64,000 nucleotides of DNA. Source: Malacoraja senta. Lineage: Eukaryota. Below, one piece after another: positions 37,815-51,762 of the stretch (the stretch's first letter is position 1; each line of letters begins with the position of its first letter). Made by a program: the position numbers and the translations under genes. The notes below the pieces were generated by a model. That model did not search any database and was not told where the DNA came from. It saw only the letters and a list, made by a program, of their open reading frames with translations. The stretch spans positions 6,140,001-6,204,000 of the forward strand of contig CM075994.1 of NCBI GenBank assembly GCA_038087875.1, given 5' to 3'.

Positions 37815-38070
37815 CGAGGAAACACTTTTTCTCTCAGAGAGTGGTGAGTCTGTGGAATTCTCTGCCTCAGAGGGCAGTGGAGGCAGGTTCTCTGGATGCT
37901 TTCAAGAGAGAGCTGGATAGGGCTCTTAAAAATAGCGGAGTCAGGGGATATGGGGAGAAGGCAGGAACGGGGTACTGATTGGGGATGATCAGCCCAGATC
38001 ACATTGAATGGCGGTGCTGGCTCGAAGGGCGGAGTGGCCTACTCCTACACCTATTGTCTATTGTCTATTG
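37815..38070 (+). mobile_element. CR1 3' end ((ctattgt)n tail)
   Basis: Similar to 5480-5730; tail cctattgtctattgtctattg. Confidence 0.88.
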
Positions 38071-38354
38071 ACATGTGGACATCTCTGCCGGTCCTCTCTG
38101 GAGAACCCTCCTTGCCTGAACCCACCTATGATCTCTAAGCTCTTGTCCCATGCCTTCTCAGCTCATTTCCCCTCTACCAGTCTGAAGAAGGATCCCGACC
38201 TGAAGCGTCGTTTGTCCATTTTCCTCCACAAATTCTGCCTGACCTGCTGAGTTCCCCTAGCACTTTGTTTTTCTTTACTCAAGGTTCTAGCATCTGCAGT
38301 CTCTTGTGTCACCATATGTAAATCTGGAACTGTTGCACAGCTACAAGGGGCACA

Positions 38355-38655
38355 GAGGGCTCCACAGTGCCGCAGCGGTAGAGTTGCATCCTTACAGCAC
38401 CAGAAACCCAGGTTCGATCCTGACTAGTGGTGCTGTCTGTATAGAGTTTGTACGTTCCTCCTGAGACTGCATTGGTTTTCTCCGGGTGTTCTGTTTTCCT
38501 CCCACACTCCAAAGACTTACAGGTTTGTAGGTTAATTGGCTTCTGTAAATTGTAAATTGTCCCTAGTGTGTGGGATAGTGCTAGTGTACAGGGTAGTCAC
38601 TGATCATCATGGCCTTGGTGAGCCAAAGGGCCTGTTTCCACACCGTATCTTGAGT
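38355..38655 (+). mobile_element. tRNA-derived SINE (HE1-like)
   Basis: A-box gtgccgcagcggtaga, B-box ggttcgatcc, CR1-like tail. Confidence 0.85.
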
Positions 38656-39332
38656 CTTCAGTCTACTCTTGAGCCTGAGAGTGTTTCAAGCAAGGGGACG
38701 TAGTTATAAGTAGACAGTCATTTAAAATTAAAGTCCGTAGGAATTTCTTCTCACAGAGGGCAGTGAATCTCTGAAATTCTGTACCCGACAGTCCTGCAGA
38801 GTAAGAAACAAACTGCTGGAAGACCTCAGCAGGTCTGGCAACATCTGTGGAGGGAAATGGATAGACTACGGTTCAGATCGGGCCCCTTCTTCAGATTGCT
38901 TCAGGTCCATAGAGGCTAGATCACTGGAGGTATTAAAAGGGGCCAATTAAATTTTGGAATGATTCAGGAATTGAGGGCTTATAACCATATAACAATTACA
39001 ACATGGGAACAGGCCATCTCGGCCCTTCAAGTCCATGTCGAACACTTTTTCTCCCCTAGTCCAATCTACCTGCACTCAGACCATAACCCTCCATTCCTTT
39101 CTCGTCCATATACCCATCCAATCTATTTTTAAATGATAAAATCGAACCTGCCTCCACCACTTCCACTGGAAGCTCATTCCACACAGCTACCACTCTCTGA
39201 GTAAAGAAGTTCCCCCTAATGTTACCCCTAACCTTCTGTCCCTTAATTCTCAAGTCATGTCCTCTTTGAATCTTCCCTACTCTCAATGGGAAAAGCTTAT
39301 CCACGTCAACTCTGTCTATCCCTCTCATCATT

Positions 39333-41954
39333 TTAAAGACCTCTATCAAGTCCCCCCCTTAACCTTCTGCGCTCCAAAGAATAAAGACCTAACTTGTTCA
39401 GCCTTTCTCTGTAATTTAGTTGCTGAAACCCAGGCAACATTCTCGTAAATCTCCTCTGTACTCTCTCTATTTTGTTGACATCCTTCCTATAATTAGGCGA
39501 CCAAAATTGTACTCCATACTCCAGAATTGGCCTCACCAATGCCTTGTACAATTTTAACATTACATCCCAACTTCTATACTCAATGCTCTGATTTATAAAG
39601 GCCAGCACACCAAAAGCTTTCTTTACCACCCTATCTACATGAGATTCCACCTTCAGAGAACTATGCACAGTTATTCCTAGATCCCTCTGTTCAACTGCAT
39701 TCCTCAATTCGCTACCATTTACCATGTACGTCCTATTTTGATTTGTCCTGCCAAGATGTAGCACCTCACTTTTATCAGCATTAAACTCCATCTGCCATCT
39801 TTCAGCCCACTCTTCCAAATGGCCTAAATCTCTCTGTAGACTTTGAAAATCTACTTCATTATCCACAACACCACCTATCTTAGTATTATCTGCATACTTG
39901 CTAATCCAATTTTCCACTCCATCATCCAGATCATTGATGTACATGACAAACAAGAGTGGACCCAACACAGGCCCCTGAGGCACCCCACTAGTCACCGGCC
40001 TCCAACCTGACAAACAGCCATCCACCATTACTCTCTGGCATCTCCCATTCAGCCACTGTTGAATCCATCTTGCTACTCCACCATTAATACCCAACAATTG
40101 AATCTTCTTAACCAACCTTCCATGAGGAACCTTGCCAAAGGCCTTACTGAAGTCCATATAGACAACATCCACTGCTTTACCCTCATCAATTTCCCTAGTA
40201 ACCTCTTCGAAAAATTCAAGAAGTTCAGTCAAACATGACCTTCCAGGCACAAATCCATGTTGACTGTTCTTAATCAGACCCTGTTTATCCAGATGCTTAT
40301 ATATATTATCCCTAAGTATCCTTTCCATTAATTTGCCCACCACTGACGTCAAACTAACAGGTCTATAATTGCTAGGTTTACACTTAGAACCTTTTTTAAA
40401 CAATGGAATAACATGCGCAGTACGCCAATCCTCCGGCACTATTCCCGTTTCTAATGGCATTTGAAATATTTCTGTCATAGCCCCTGCTATTTCTACACTA
40501 ACTTCCCTCAATGTCCTAGGGAATATCCTGTCAGGACCTGGAGACTTATCCGTTTTCAAATTTTTCAAAAGTGTCCACACTTCTTCCTCTTCTTTAAATC
40601 TCATAGTTTCCATTGCTACTCTGCTCGTTTCCCTTACATCACATAATTCAATATCCTTCTCCTTGGTGAATACCGAAGAAAAGAAATTGTTCAATATCTC
40701 CCCCATCTCTTTTGGTTCAGCAGATAGCTGTCCACCCTGACTCTCTAATGGACCAATTTGATTCCTTGTTATCCTTTTGCTATTAATATAGCTGTAGAAA
40801 CCCTTTGGGTTTACTTTCACCTTACTTGCCAAATCAACCTCATATCTTTTAGCTTTTCTAATTTCTTTCTTAAGATTCTTTTTACATTCTTTATACTCCT
40901 GCAGCACCTCTTTTACTCCATGCCGCCTATAATTATTGTAGATCTCTCTCTTTTTCCGAACCAAGTGTCCAATTTCCCTTGAAAACCATGGCTCTTTCCA
41001 ATTTTTACTATTTCCTTTCAACCGAACAGGGACATAAAGATTCTGTACTCTTAAAATTTCACCTTTAAATGTCCTCCATTTCTCTTCTACATCCATCCCA
41101 TAAAACAACATGTCCCAATTCACTCCTTTTAAATCCTTTCGCATCTCCTCAAAGTTAGCCTTTCTCCAGTCAAAAATCTCAACCTTAGGTCCAGTTCTGA
41201 CCCTCTCCATAATATTGAAACTAATGGTATTGTGATCACTGGACCCAAAGTGCTCCCCAACGCATACCTCCGCCACCTGCCCTGTCTCATTTCCTAACAG
41301 GAGGTCCAGCACTGCCCCTTCTCTTGTAGGTATCTCTATGTATTGCTGCAAAAAACTATCCTGCACACATTTTACAAACTCCAAACCATCCAGCCCTTTT
41401 ACAGAATGTGTTTCCCAGTCTATGTGTGGAAAATTGAAATCTCCCACAATCACTACCTTGTGCTTACTACTAATATCTGCTATCTCCTTACATATTTGCT
41501 CTTCCAATTCTCGCTCTCCATTAGGCGGTCTATAATACACCCCTATAAGTGTTGCTACCCCTTTCCCATTTCTCAGTTCCACCCAAATAGCCTCCCTAGA
41601 CGAGCCCTCTAATCTATCCTGCCAAAGCACTGCTGTAATATCTTCCCTGACAAGCAATGCAACACCCCCACCTCTTGCCCCTCCAACTATATCACACCTA
41701 AAGCAACGAAATCCTGGAATATTTAGTTTCCACTCACAGCCCTCCTGCAACCATGTTTCACTGATCGCCACAACATCATACTTCCAGGTGTCAATCCAGG
41801 CTTTAAGCTCATCCACCTTTCTTACAATGCTCCTAGCATTTAAATATACACATTTAAGAAACCCACCACCACTTATTCTCTGTTTATTATCTTTTTCTTC
41901 CTTCTCCCCTACATTTTGGGTCCGAGTGCTTCCCTTCTCTACCTCCTGCCTCAC
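39333..41954 (-). pseudogene. CR1 ORF2 (APE endonuclease + reverse transcriptase), catalytically mutated
   Basis: YLNARSI, ISETW, YYRPP, VGDFN and SDH (APE); RT motifs present but YADD reads YADN; C-terminal frameshift continues in 39056-39349. Confidence 0.93.
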
Positions 41955-42095
41955 ACCCTAACTACTAGCTTTCCCTATTCGAGTCCCTCCCCCCAACCGT
42001 TCTAGTTTAAAGTCTCCCTAGTTGCCTTTGCAAATCTCCCCGCCAGGATATTGGTCCCCCTCGGGTTCAAGTGCAACCTGTCTTTTTTGTACAGG

Positions 42096-42500
42096 TCACA
42101 CCTTCCCCAAATGATCCCAATGATCCAGAAACTTGAATCCCTGCCCACTGCACCAGTCCCTCAGCCACGCATTTATCCTCCATCTCATTCCATTCCTACT
42201 CTCACTGTCTCGTGGCACAGGTAATAATCCTGAGATTGTTATATTTTTGGTCCTTCTCCTTAACTCTCCTCCCAACTCCCTAAATTCTCCTTTCAGGACC
42301 TCTTCTCTCTTTCTACCTATGTCATTGGTACCTATATGTACCACGACCTCAGGCTCCTCTCCCTCCGATTTCAGGATATCTTGGACGCGTTCAGACACAT
42401 CCCTGACCCTGGCACCAGGGAGGCAAACTACCATCCGGATCTCCTGACTGCGTCCACAGAATCGCCTATCTGACCCCCTAACTATAGAGTCCCCTATTAC
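42096..42500 (-). pseudogene. CR1 ORF1 SGNH-esterase-like domain fragment
   Basis: VVCLPGA..VVVHIGTND..ISGLLP motifs typical of the CR1 ORF1 esterase. Confidence 0.88.
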
Positions 42501-43264
42501 TACTGCCCTCCTCTTCTTTTCCCTACCCTTCTGAGTAACAGGGCCGGTCTCTGTGTCTTGGGTTATGAATAGTCAAGGAAATTAAATATTCATAGCTGGG
42601 TAGTCGTGAAGGCTTATTTGTAATATATTATAGTGTTGTGATCTTGAGTCCATCTGTTATAGCATGAGGTCCCTGCAAGTGGTGTCATTGGTGTGAAAGT
42701 CCAATGTCTTAAAAGGTGATCTCAATGTGTTAATTCTTGACAAAAGATGACAAAATGATAGAAGGTGCAAATTGAGGAAGAGAACAGATTTTAGAATGTT
42801 AAATCATTTATGCCCCCACACTACCGTCCAAAATGGTTCTCCCTGCCTGCTGCAGCTTTAGGTACATATTTTGATTTAGACTTAGAGATTCAACGTGGAA
42901 ACAGCTCAACGAGTCTGTGCCGACCAGCAATCCCCGCACACTAATAAGGGAAGCTCCAAATAAGAGATGGGCCATTTAGGAGAGGGGGGTTAACAAACTT
43001 TGTAATTTTCTATTCCTAAGGCCTTCAAAACAGAGATTGATAGATTTCAGAATCTAAGAGGAATTCAAGGGATTTGTGTTTAGGGCAGGAAAACAATTAT
43101 GTTGAAACAAGGATCTGCAGATGCTGGTTTACTGAGGAAAGACACAAAATGCTGGAGTAACTCAGTGGGTCAGGCAGCATCCCTAGAGAACATGCATAGG
43201 CGATGCCTCGGGGACAGGACCATTCTTCAAACTGACTGCGGGGGTGTGGAAAGCTAGAAGAGTG

Positions 43265-43582
43265 GAGGGGCGGCACAGTGGCGCCTCGTTTGGGTTGCTG
43301 CCTTGCAGCGCCAGGGACGCAGGTTCAATCCTGACGTTGGGCTCTGTCGGTACAGAGTTTGCACATTCTCCTTGCGACCTTGTGGGTTTTCGCCAGGTGC
43401 TCTGGTTTCTTCCCACATTGCAAAGACGTGCAGCTTTGTAGGTTAATTTGCTTCTACACATTGTTCATAGTGTGTTGAATAGAACTCGTGTACTGGTGAT
43501 CATTGGTCGACACAGACTCAGAGGGCTGAAGGGCCTGTTTCAATGCTGTATCTCTAAAGTAAACTAAACCAAACTAACTAAA
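43265..43582 (+). mobile_element. tRNA-derived SINE (HE1-like)
   Basis: gggcggcacagtggcgc head, ggttcaatcc B-box, (ctaaa)n tail. Confidence 0.85.
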
Positions 43583-43869
43583 CCCTGCAATCAGTCTGAA
43601 GAGGGGTTGTGACCACTGGAAAATTATGTTAATGTGGAAGGCAAGCCACGAACTTGAATAATTGAGTAAGGAGGAAATGAATGAACCAATCGTGTTCCTC
43701 TTTTTAATATCAGAACTTCTTTAATTTTCAGAAAAATATTGAACTATGCAGGATTGTTGTGGTGCGTTTAATGTGTATCTACAATGCAAATATAATGTTT
43801 TCATACTGTTCTATACAATTTTGCTTTTGGCCTGCCAACAGTTATTGACATAAGCACATATTGATGATG

Positions 43870-44470
43870 AATAGCGGGAGGGGAGGGGGAGCTCTCCTAA
43901 TTCTACAATCAATTCCACTGTCTTAAGAGCATTGAGATCCAGGTTGTTGCGATGGCACCAGGACGCCAGCTGTGTCACTTCCTGTCTGTAGGTAGATTCC
44001 ACCCCATCCTGGATCAGTCCAATCAGGGTTGTGTCGTCCGCAAACTTGAGAAGCTTGACACAGGAGTCTGTGGAGGTGCAGTCGTTAGTGCAGAGAGATT
44101 AAAGGAGAGGAGAGAGTACGCAGCCTTGTGGTGCTCCTATGCTGAAGGTCAGTGGGTCCGAGATGTACTTTCCCAGCCTCACATGCTGCTTCCTGTCTGT
44201 CAGGAAGTTGGTAATTCACTGACGGAGGGGTTCAGGCATAGTCAGCTGGGAGAGTTTGGAGTGTAGTAGCTTTGGCACAATGATGTTGAATGCAGAGCTA
44301 AAATCCACAACCAGAATCCTTGCATAGGTCCCCTGGCGGTCTAGGTGCTGGAGGATGAAGTGCAGGCCCAGGTGATCTATTGATCTATTGGCCCAGTGTG
44401 CAAACTGCAGGGGGGCCAGCGGGTGGTTTGTGATACTTTTTAGGTGGGCCAGCACGTCTTTCAAGGGTTT
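43870..44470 (-). mobile_element. Rex1/Babar-clade LINE RT fragment
   Basis: PLQFA..NRS..LQHLDRQGTYARIL.VDFSSAFNII.P and WCHRNNLDLNALKTVELIV motifs. Confidence 0.85.
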
Positions 44471-46209
44471 TCATGATCACAGAGGTAAGTGGCTTTTTGT
44501 GTACAGGAACAATAGTAAAGACTTTGAAGCAGGCAGGGACAGTGCAGGTTTGCAGGGACTGATTGTTATCAAACCTGTTTTTGTGTCAATTAAGCACCAA
44601 TCGGCAATCAAAATGCTAAACATTAGTTTATTTTAGTGATAATGACGCAGAAACCCCTACATAGTTTATCTCCACACTAATATTCCCACGGCATTCTTTT
44701 TGTCTCTTTATCAGGAAAGTATATTTTGGTGCAGCCCAGTTTCCTCAGTCATGGAACGAAATTGAGGACATGTTGTTAAAAGCAGCTTGCTGTGAAAGTC
44801 ATATCACCCACAAGCTCTCTTCAATAGCTCCGGGACTTTGGAAGTTCTGCCCCAAGTCCGGCCCATTGCACTTCAGATAGCACCTTCCGTACATTTGAGT
44901 TTAATCACAAGTCCCTATTTCCTGAAATGGCTGCCCCATAATAACACAAATATCAGACTTGCTGTTAATTAGACATTTTATTTCTACCATGAAATCAGAC
45001 ACTAAGAGCATTGACCACTGCACCAACCCCTGACCCTCCCCCTCCTCGCCTCCATTCAAACCCTTCCTCTATCCTTCTCTTTGACTAGAATGTAAATGTC
45101 TGGGAAGTTTGGTATCGGCCCCTCCATTCATTTAAACAATTCAAAAGGAGCTACACAAAGACTTTAAAATGAACAATTCCCCCCACTACAATCAATCTGA
45201 AGAGGGGTCCTGACCCAAAGTGACACCTCTCCATGTTCTCCAGAGATGCTGCCTTAGCCGCTGAGTTGCTCCAGCATTTTGTGTCCTTTTACACAAAAAA
45301 CAGTGGTTAGATTCGGTGATCACGTCCCTTTTAGGTAGGCGCATGGATATCATCCTATGAACAACTGGAGAGCGGTCCTGAGCTACTATCTACCTCGAGG
45401 AAGACGCTCAGATTATCTTTAACCGGACTTTACTGGATTTTATCTTGACTAAACGTTATTCCCTTTATCATGTATCTGTACACTGTGGACGGCTCGATTG
45501 TGATCATGTATAGTCTTTCCGCTGACTGGTTAGCAAGCAACAAACGCTATTCACTGTACCTCGGTAGACATGACCATAAACTGAACCAACTAAACTAAAA
45601 TGTGCAGGGAATGGCGGCATATGGATCACATGCCGGCTGATGAGATTAGTTTGACTTGGCATTGTGTTCAGCACTGATATTGTGGGCCGAAAGGCCTGGT
45701 CCTGTGCTTGTAGACAGTCAAAGGATAACATATTTTAATCAACCCAATTATAGAGAATATAGTAAATTAATATATTAAACTATATTTTAAAAATGTTTTG
45801 ACCTACAGACTTGCTTCATCGCATGTGGTGTTTACCTTCCCGATGCGGATCAGCACTGTGCATTGATCGGTGCTTAATCCAGTCAATCGAGTTTGGAGGG
45901 TGGTAAACCACAATATACTCCTGACAGGTAAGAGTGCATCTTCATGTTTTATATTTCCTTACGGGCCGAGGAGGTCAATCCTCCCACAGAGTCTCAGCTG
46001 GTTGTCTGTGCAATCCCATCAACTTAGTTAGCTTGCAACCAATATTCTCACTAGCACCCCCGATTCTCCGCACAGCCACCTGCTGTATGGGTAATATACA
46101 GTGGCCAATTAATCTACAGATGCAGTTGTTGCATCAACAGTCACAAAGGCAGAAAGGACCGTTCTTGTGTTAATTGTGGGATCGATCTGTGGCTTTGCCA
46201 GTTGGTACC

Positions 46210-47200
46210 TTTTAGACTTTAGACTTTCGAGATACAACATGGAAACTGGCCATTCGGCCCACAAAGTGCGAGCTGACTAGTGATCACCCCGTACACTAGC
46301 ACTATCCTACCTACACACTAGAGACAATTTACAGAAGCCAATTAATCTACAAACCTGTACATCTTTGGAATGTAAAACGAAACCGGAGCACCTGGAGAAA
46401 ACCCAAGTGGTCACAGGGAGCGCGGGTGGAAATCCCGGGGGGGGGGGGGGGACAGGTGGGACACGTCCCCTGCCTATTTTGAGAGGTGGGGGACTCCCCC
46501 CCCCCCCCAATTTTTGTAATCCAGATTTTTAAAACCGGTGAAATCTCCGCTTTCCGCGAGACACTGGGGGTGGGACTGCTGATCGAGGGCGCCGATTGGA
46601 CGAGAGAGACGTCGGTCAGCAGGAAATGGGGGCGGGACATGATTCAGCGCGATGATTAGAGGAGGGAGACGTGCCAAAACACTCTCGGCACAGACCTGTG
46701 CCTCATCCGCAGCCAGGAACGATCCCGGCTCTGCCGCTCTGTCCCGTCCCCAACCGAGTGCCCCCCCCACGCCCGGGGGTGGCCAGACACGTCGGAAGTC
46801 AGACGGGAACAGCCAGCGCAGAGAAGCAGCGCTAATCCCAGCTCAACTCTGCCTGTCCCGCCAGGTTAACCTACAGCCCTGCCTGGACTTGCGGGAAATA
46901 TGGCCCAGGCTTACAGCCAGCGTGGAGAAGCAGCGCTGGTGTCCCGTCAGTCCAGGCAGGGCTGTAGGTTAACCATGCGAGACAGGCAGAGTTGAGCTGC
47001 ATTTAGCGCTGGATTGAGCCTCCGAAGCCTCGCGCGCGGCCGGTAAGAAATTGTGCCCCCCCCTGTCCCCTCCATATTTTGATAGCGATTTCCGTGCCTG
47101 ACAGGGAGAATGTACACACTCCGTACAGACAGCACCATAGTCACGATCGAAAGCGGATCTCTGGTGCTGTAAGGCAGCAACTCTACTGCTGCGCCCCTGT
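46210..47200 (-). mobile_element. HE1-like SINE split by a hAT-like insertion
   Basis: SINE sequence ...ggtcacagggag | acagggagaatgtacac... resumes after 47100. Confidence 0.85.
46421..47100. mobile_element. Non-autonomous hAT-like element with perfect 8-bp TSD and internal palindrome
   Basis: TSD acagggag 46413-46420 / 47101-47108; imperfect TIRs cgcgggtggaaatc / gatttccgtgcctg. Confidence 0.88.
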
Positions 47201-47395
47201 TACACCCTGACATTGAGCTGTCCTTCAAATATTTTATGATGCTACTATCTCAACACAATCTTGCTGAATCTGGTTGTGACTGGTCTTGCCTGCTGCTTAC
47301 TTCACACCTTGATTATATGTAAACATAACAGCTTTTGATTTCTGCTTTTGCTTTGGTTTTTTTCACCGATACAACTGTGAGGTCATTGAAAATAA

Positions 47396-48095
47396 AACAT
47401 AGAAACATAGAAAATAGGTGCAGGAGTAGGCCATTCGGCCCTTCGAGCCTGCACCGCCATTGAATATGATCATGGCTGATCATCCAACTCAGTATCCCGT
47501 ACCTGCCTTCTCTCCATACCCCCTGATCCCTTTAGCCACAAGGGCCACATCTAACTCCCTCTTAAATATAGCCAATGAATTGGCCTCAACTACATAGAAA
47601 CATAGAAAATAGGTGCAGGAGTAGGCTATTTGGCCCTTCGAGCCTGCACCACCATTCAATATGATCATGGCTGATCATCCAACTCAGTATCCTGTACCTG
47701 CCTTCTCTCCATACCCCCTGATCCCTTTAGCCACAAGGGCCACATCTAACTCCCTCTTAAATATAGCCAATGAACTGGCCTCAACTACCTTCTGTGGCAG
47801 AGAATTCCACAGATTCACCACTCTCTGTGTGAAAAATGATTTTCTCATCTCGGTCCTAAAAGACTTCCCCCTTATCCTTAAACTGTGACCCCTTGTTCTG
47901 GACTTCCCCAACATCGGGAACAATCATCCTGCATCTAGCCTGTCCAACCCCTTAAGAATTTTGTAAGTTTCTATAAGATCCCCCCTCAATCTTCTAAATA
48001 CTAGCGAATACAAGCCGAGTCCATCCAGTCTTTCTTCATATGAAAGTCCTGACATCCCAGGAATCAGTCTGGTGAACCTTCTCTATACTCCCTCT
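47396..48095 (-). mobile_element. CR1 3' fragment with tandemly duplicated ~195-bp 3' end
   Basis: 47396-47592 is repeated from 47593; same family as 27390-28120. Confidence 0.92.
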
Positions 48096-48412
48096 AAAAC
48101 AGCAGAAATAAAAGCAGGAAAAGGCTATTCAATCCCTTGTTCCTGCTCCACTGCACAATAAGATCTTGACTGATGTTTCATTTCACTTCCACAATGGCAA
48201 ACTCTTGTTTCACTTTTTAGACCATTTCTGCAAATAAATATAAACTTTATTTGTGAAAGTAGAAATGTGGATGCTTCGGTTTTCGTGGAAAATGAAACGA
48301 GAATCGTTTGCTCCAAATAGGAACAAAATCTTCATACCCAGAAAGGAACATAATCAATTTCGCTCATTTAGTTGCATTAAAACAGTGTCTTTTGTCTGAA
48401 TACAAAATGGAG

Positions 48413-51400
48413 GAATGTCCGAGAAACAAACATATTGGAGATTTAACCCACAAATTTTGAACGAAAGATCATGCCAGGAATATATTATTAAACAGATTCA
48501 AATATTTTTTGAGGTAAATGATAACCCTGACACACCTACTTCTCTTATGTGGGAAACGTTTAAAGCGTTTGTTCGAGGTGCATTAATTTCTGCTCAAGTA
48601 TTTTATAATAAAGAGAACAGGATTAAACAACAAACATTGGAAAGGGAAATCAAGCAACTAGATATAGAAAATGCGAGAATGCCATCTATTTCAAAACATA
48701 ATAAAATTGCTGTATTGAAATATAAATTAAATAAAATGTATTCAGCACAAGTAATAAAACTTTATCAAAAAACCAAACAATTACATTTTGAATTTGGAGA
48801 CAAACCACAAAAACTATTAGCACGTCAGTTACGAAAAATGAAAGGGGAAAAAATAATTCATAAAATTAGAACAGAGACAGGAGAATTATTAAAAATGCCC
48901 AAGGACATAAATGAAAGATTTCTCCAATACTATCATAACCTTTATTCAACTAAAACTGTAACACAAACAGAAGGAATAGCAGATTTTTTACTAAAATGTA
49001 ATTTAAAAGGTTTAGATTCAAATGATAGAGAATTATTAGAAAGGGAGATTACGATAAAGGAGATTGAGGAGTCTATTGGCTCTTTAAAAAATGGTAAAGC
49101 AGTAGGACCAGATGGTTTAGGCTCTGAATTTTATTAAAAAATCTATGACTTGCTCTGCCCACGTTTACAAAGGCTGTATGAGCATATCTATACTCAACAG
49201 AAACTCCCAGATACTTTAAATGAATCTATAATAACACTTATTCCTAAAGCTGATAAAGATCCGGAAGATCCAGGATCATATAGAGCAATTGCACATTTAA
49301 ATACAGATCAGAAAATATTAACTAAAATACTAGCGCATAGATTAAGTACAGTGATGAATAAAATAATACACCCTGACCAAACAGGCTTTATTCAGAAACG
49401 GTACTCATATTATAATCTAAGAAGATTATTTAATATTATTTATTCTAAGAGAATTATTAATGAAGATCTAGCAATAATCTCACTTGACGCTGAAAAAGCA
49501 TTTGATCAGGTTGAATGGTCTTATTTATTTTCGGTGATGGAAAATATGCAACTAGGGGAGAAATTCTGTACATGGATAAAACTGTTATATACAAATCCTA
49601 CGGCTAGAATATTAACAAATCAAAGGTTGTCATCAAAATTCAGCCTATCTAGAGGTTGTAGACAAGGATGCCCGTTATCTCCATTATTATTTGCGCTTGC
49701 TATTGAGCCACTTGCAGAAAGAGTTAGGGGTCATCCGGAAATATATGGGTATATCACAAAGGACACAGTGAATAAAATTTCTCTATACGCAGATGATGTA
49801 CTAATTTACATTACAAAACCAGAAATTAGTATTCCAAACTTATTAGAGCTAATAACCCAATTTGGTTCACTCTCAGGATACAGAATAAATTGGAATAAAA
49901 GTGAAATTATGCCAATAAGGGAACATAACAAACACATAATACAACAATTTCCATTTAAAATAGTAAACGAAAAATTCAAATACCTCGGTATCTATGTAAC
50001 TAAGATATATACATCATTATTTAAAGCAAATTTCCCCCCATTACTGAATAAACTACATAAGAATATTCAATACTGGAAAACACTTCCTATCTCAATGATT
50101 GGCAAAATTAATGCCATAAAAATGATTTTTTTTACCGCAAATATTATACCTTTTTCAGACAATTCCGATACATTTGTCAAAAAATGTTTTTTTTAAATTG
50201 GACTCCATTGTTAATGATTTTATCTGGGATTATAAGAATCATAGGATAAACAAAAGACATTTGTGTAAATCAAAAATAAATGGAGGTTTGGTTTTACCCA
50301 ACTTTCTGTTTTATTTTTGGGCAGTTAATATTAAAAATATGAATTTCTGGTTGGAAGAAATAGATCAACAACCAGATTGGTTAAAAATGGAAAAGGAAGA
50401 TTGTTTGCCTTTTGATAATATTTAGTGCCATACGAATTTGGAAACAATTAAAAAGACATTAAAATTAGATAATTTATCACTTTTTCTCCCAATTGTGAAT
50501 AACCCTTTGTTTAAACCCTCATGGTTGGACAGGGGTTTTACACAATGGAAGAATTATGGAATTAAAAATATGGGACAACTTTATAAGGAAGGCACTTTTC
50601 TGACATTTCAGGAGTTGCAACAGACTTATGGACTTCGAGGAAATGATTATTTCAGATATCTTCAACTCAGAGATTATGTAAAATCGAATACTCAAAATTT
50701 TCAAATTAGAAATTCAGAAATTCTTGACGAATGTTGGAATAAACATCCTAATACAGAAAAATTAATATCTTATATATATAATATCTTATTAGACAGTGAC
50801 ATTCCATCGACGGACTTACACAGACAAACATGGGAAAAATAATTAAATCAAATAATAACAAAAGATACTTGGGAAGAAAGTTTACAACATATACATCAAT
50901 GTTCATTAAATGCCAGACATTCTTTAATACAATTTAAAGTAATACATAGGTTACATTATTCAAAAACAAAATTACATAAAATCTTTCAACATATCTCACC
51001 TATATGTGATAAATGTCAACATTTAGAAGCTACCTTATCTCATATGTTTGCAAACTGTATAAAAATTAAAAAATTCTGGGTAAATATTTTTAGTATAATA
51101 TCTAAAGTGACCAGCACACAAGTGGACCCGGATCCAAAATTTATAATACTCGGAACATCAGAATTAAATCAAACATTTACAACAACACAAAGAAACTTTA
51201 TTGATTATAGTATAATAACAGGGAAAAAATTAATTCTAAAATTTTGGAAAGGCCCTAATGTGGATTATAGAAATGACGGAGACCTTAAACGTGGAAAGAA
51301 TCAGATTTTCCCTGTTGGACAAACAGGAATTATTCGTTGGAACATGGTCTCCCTTTATTGATTATTTAAAGGGTCAGAATGGTTCAGCACGGGAAACTGA

Positions 51401-51762
51401 CTAATGCTCGGGCTAAAGAATGGATGAAATGCTATACTCTGAAATGTACGAATATATCTCGAATGAAGTTTTTTATTTTAATAAATGTTTCCATTCTTCT
51501 TTAACCATCTTTTTCTTTTTTTTGTTTTTTTGTTTATTGTTTTTTTGTTTTCTCTTTTCTCTTTTTCTTCTCATTCTTTTCTTTCTTTACTTCATCTATC
51601 TTTTTAGTTCTATCTAGTTTTAAAAAAAAAAAAGGCAAAAGGTATTGGAGACAATGTAATAATAATTGATAATATTATCAATTTAAAAATGTACGACTGC
51701 AATGATGTTAATAGGTTGTGTACTTTTCTCCAATAAAAAATATTTTCCAAAAAAAAAAAAAA
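48413..51762 (+). mobile_element. L1-clade LINE, 5'-truncated, ORF2 with stops and frameshifts, poly(A) tail, 16-bp TSD
   Basis: WRFN, WETFKA, GPDG, YRAI..LNTD.KIL, SLDAEKAFD, RGCRQGCPLSPLLF, YADD, and C-terminal C-x2-C...H...C. AATAAA 51732-51737; A-run 51749-51762; TSD tgaatacaaaatggag 48397-48412 / 51763-51778. Confidence 0.96.

Larger units (their letters stand above)
38981..42556 (-). mobile_element. Near full-length CR1 (HER1-like) LINE: partial ORF1, ORF2, 3'UTR and tail
   Basis: ORF1 esterase fragment, 873-aa ORF2, and ccatataa tail at 38981-38992. Confidence 0.97.

Noticed and set aside
38355..38430. A-box/B-box pattern as a tRNA gene
   Set aside because: It is the head of a SINE repeated about ten times in the window, without a full cloverleaf.
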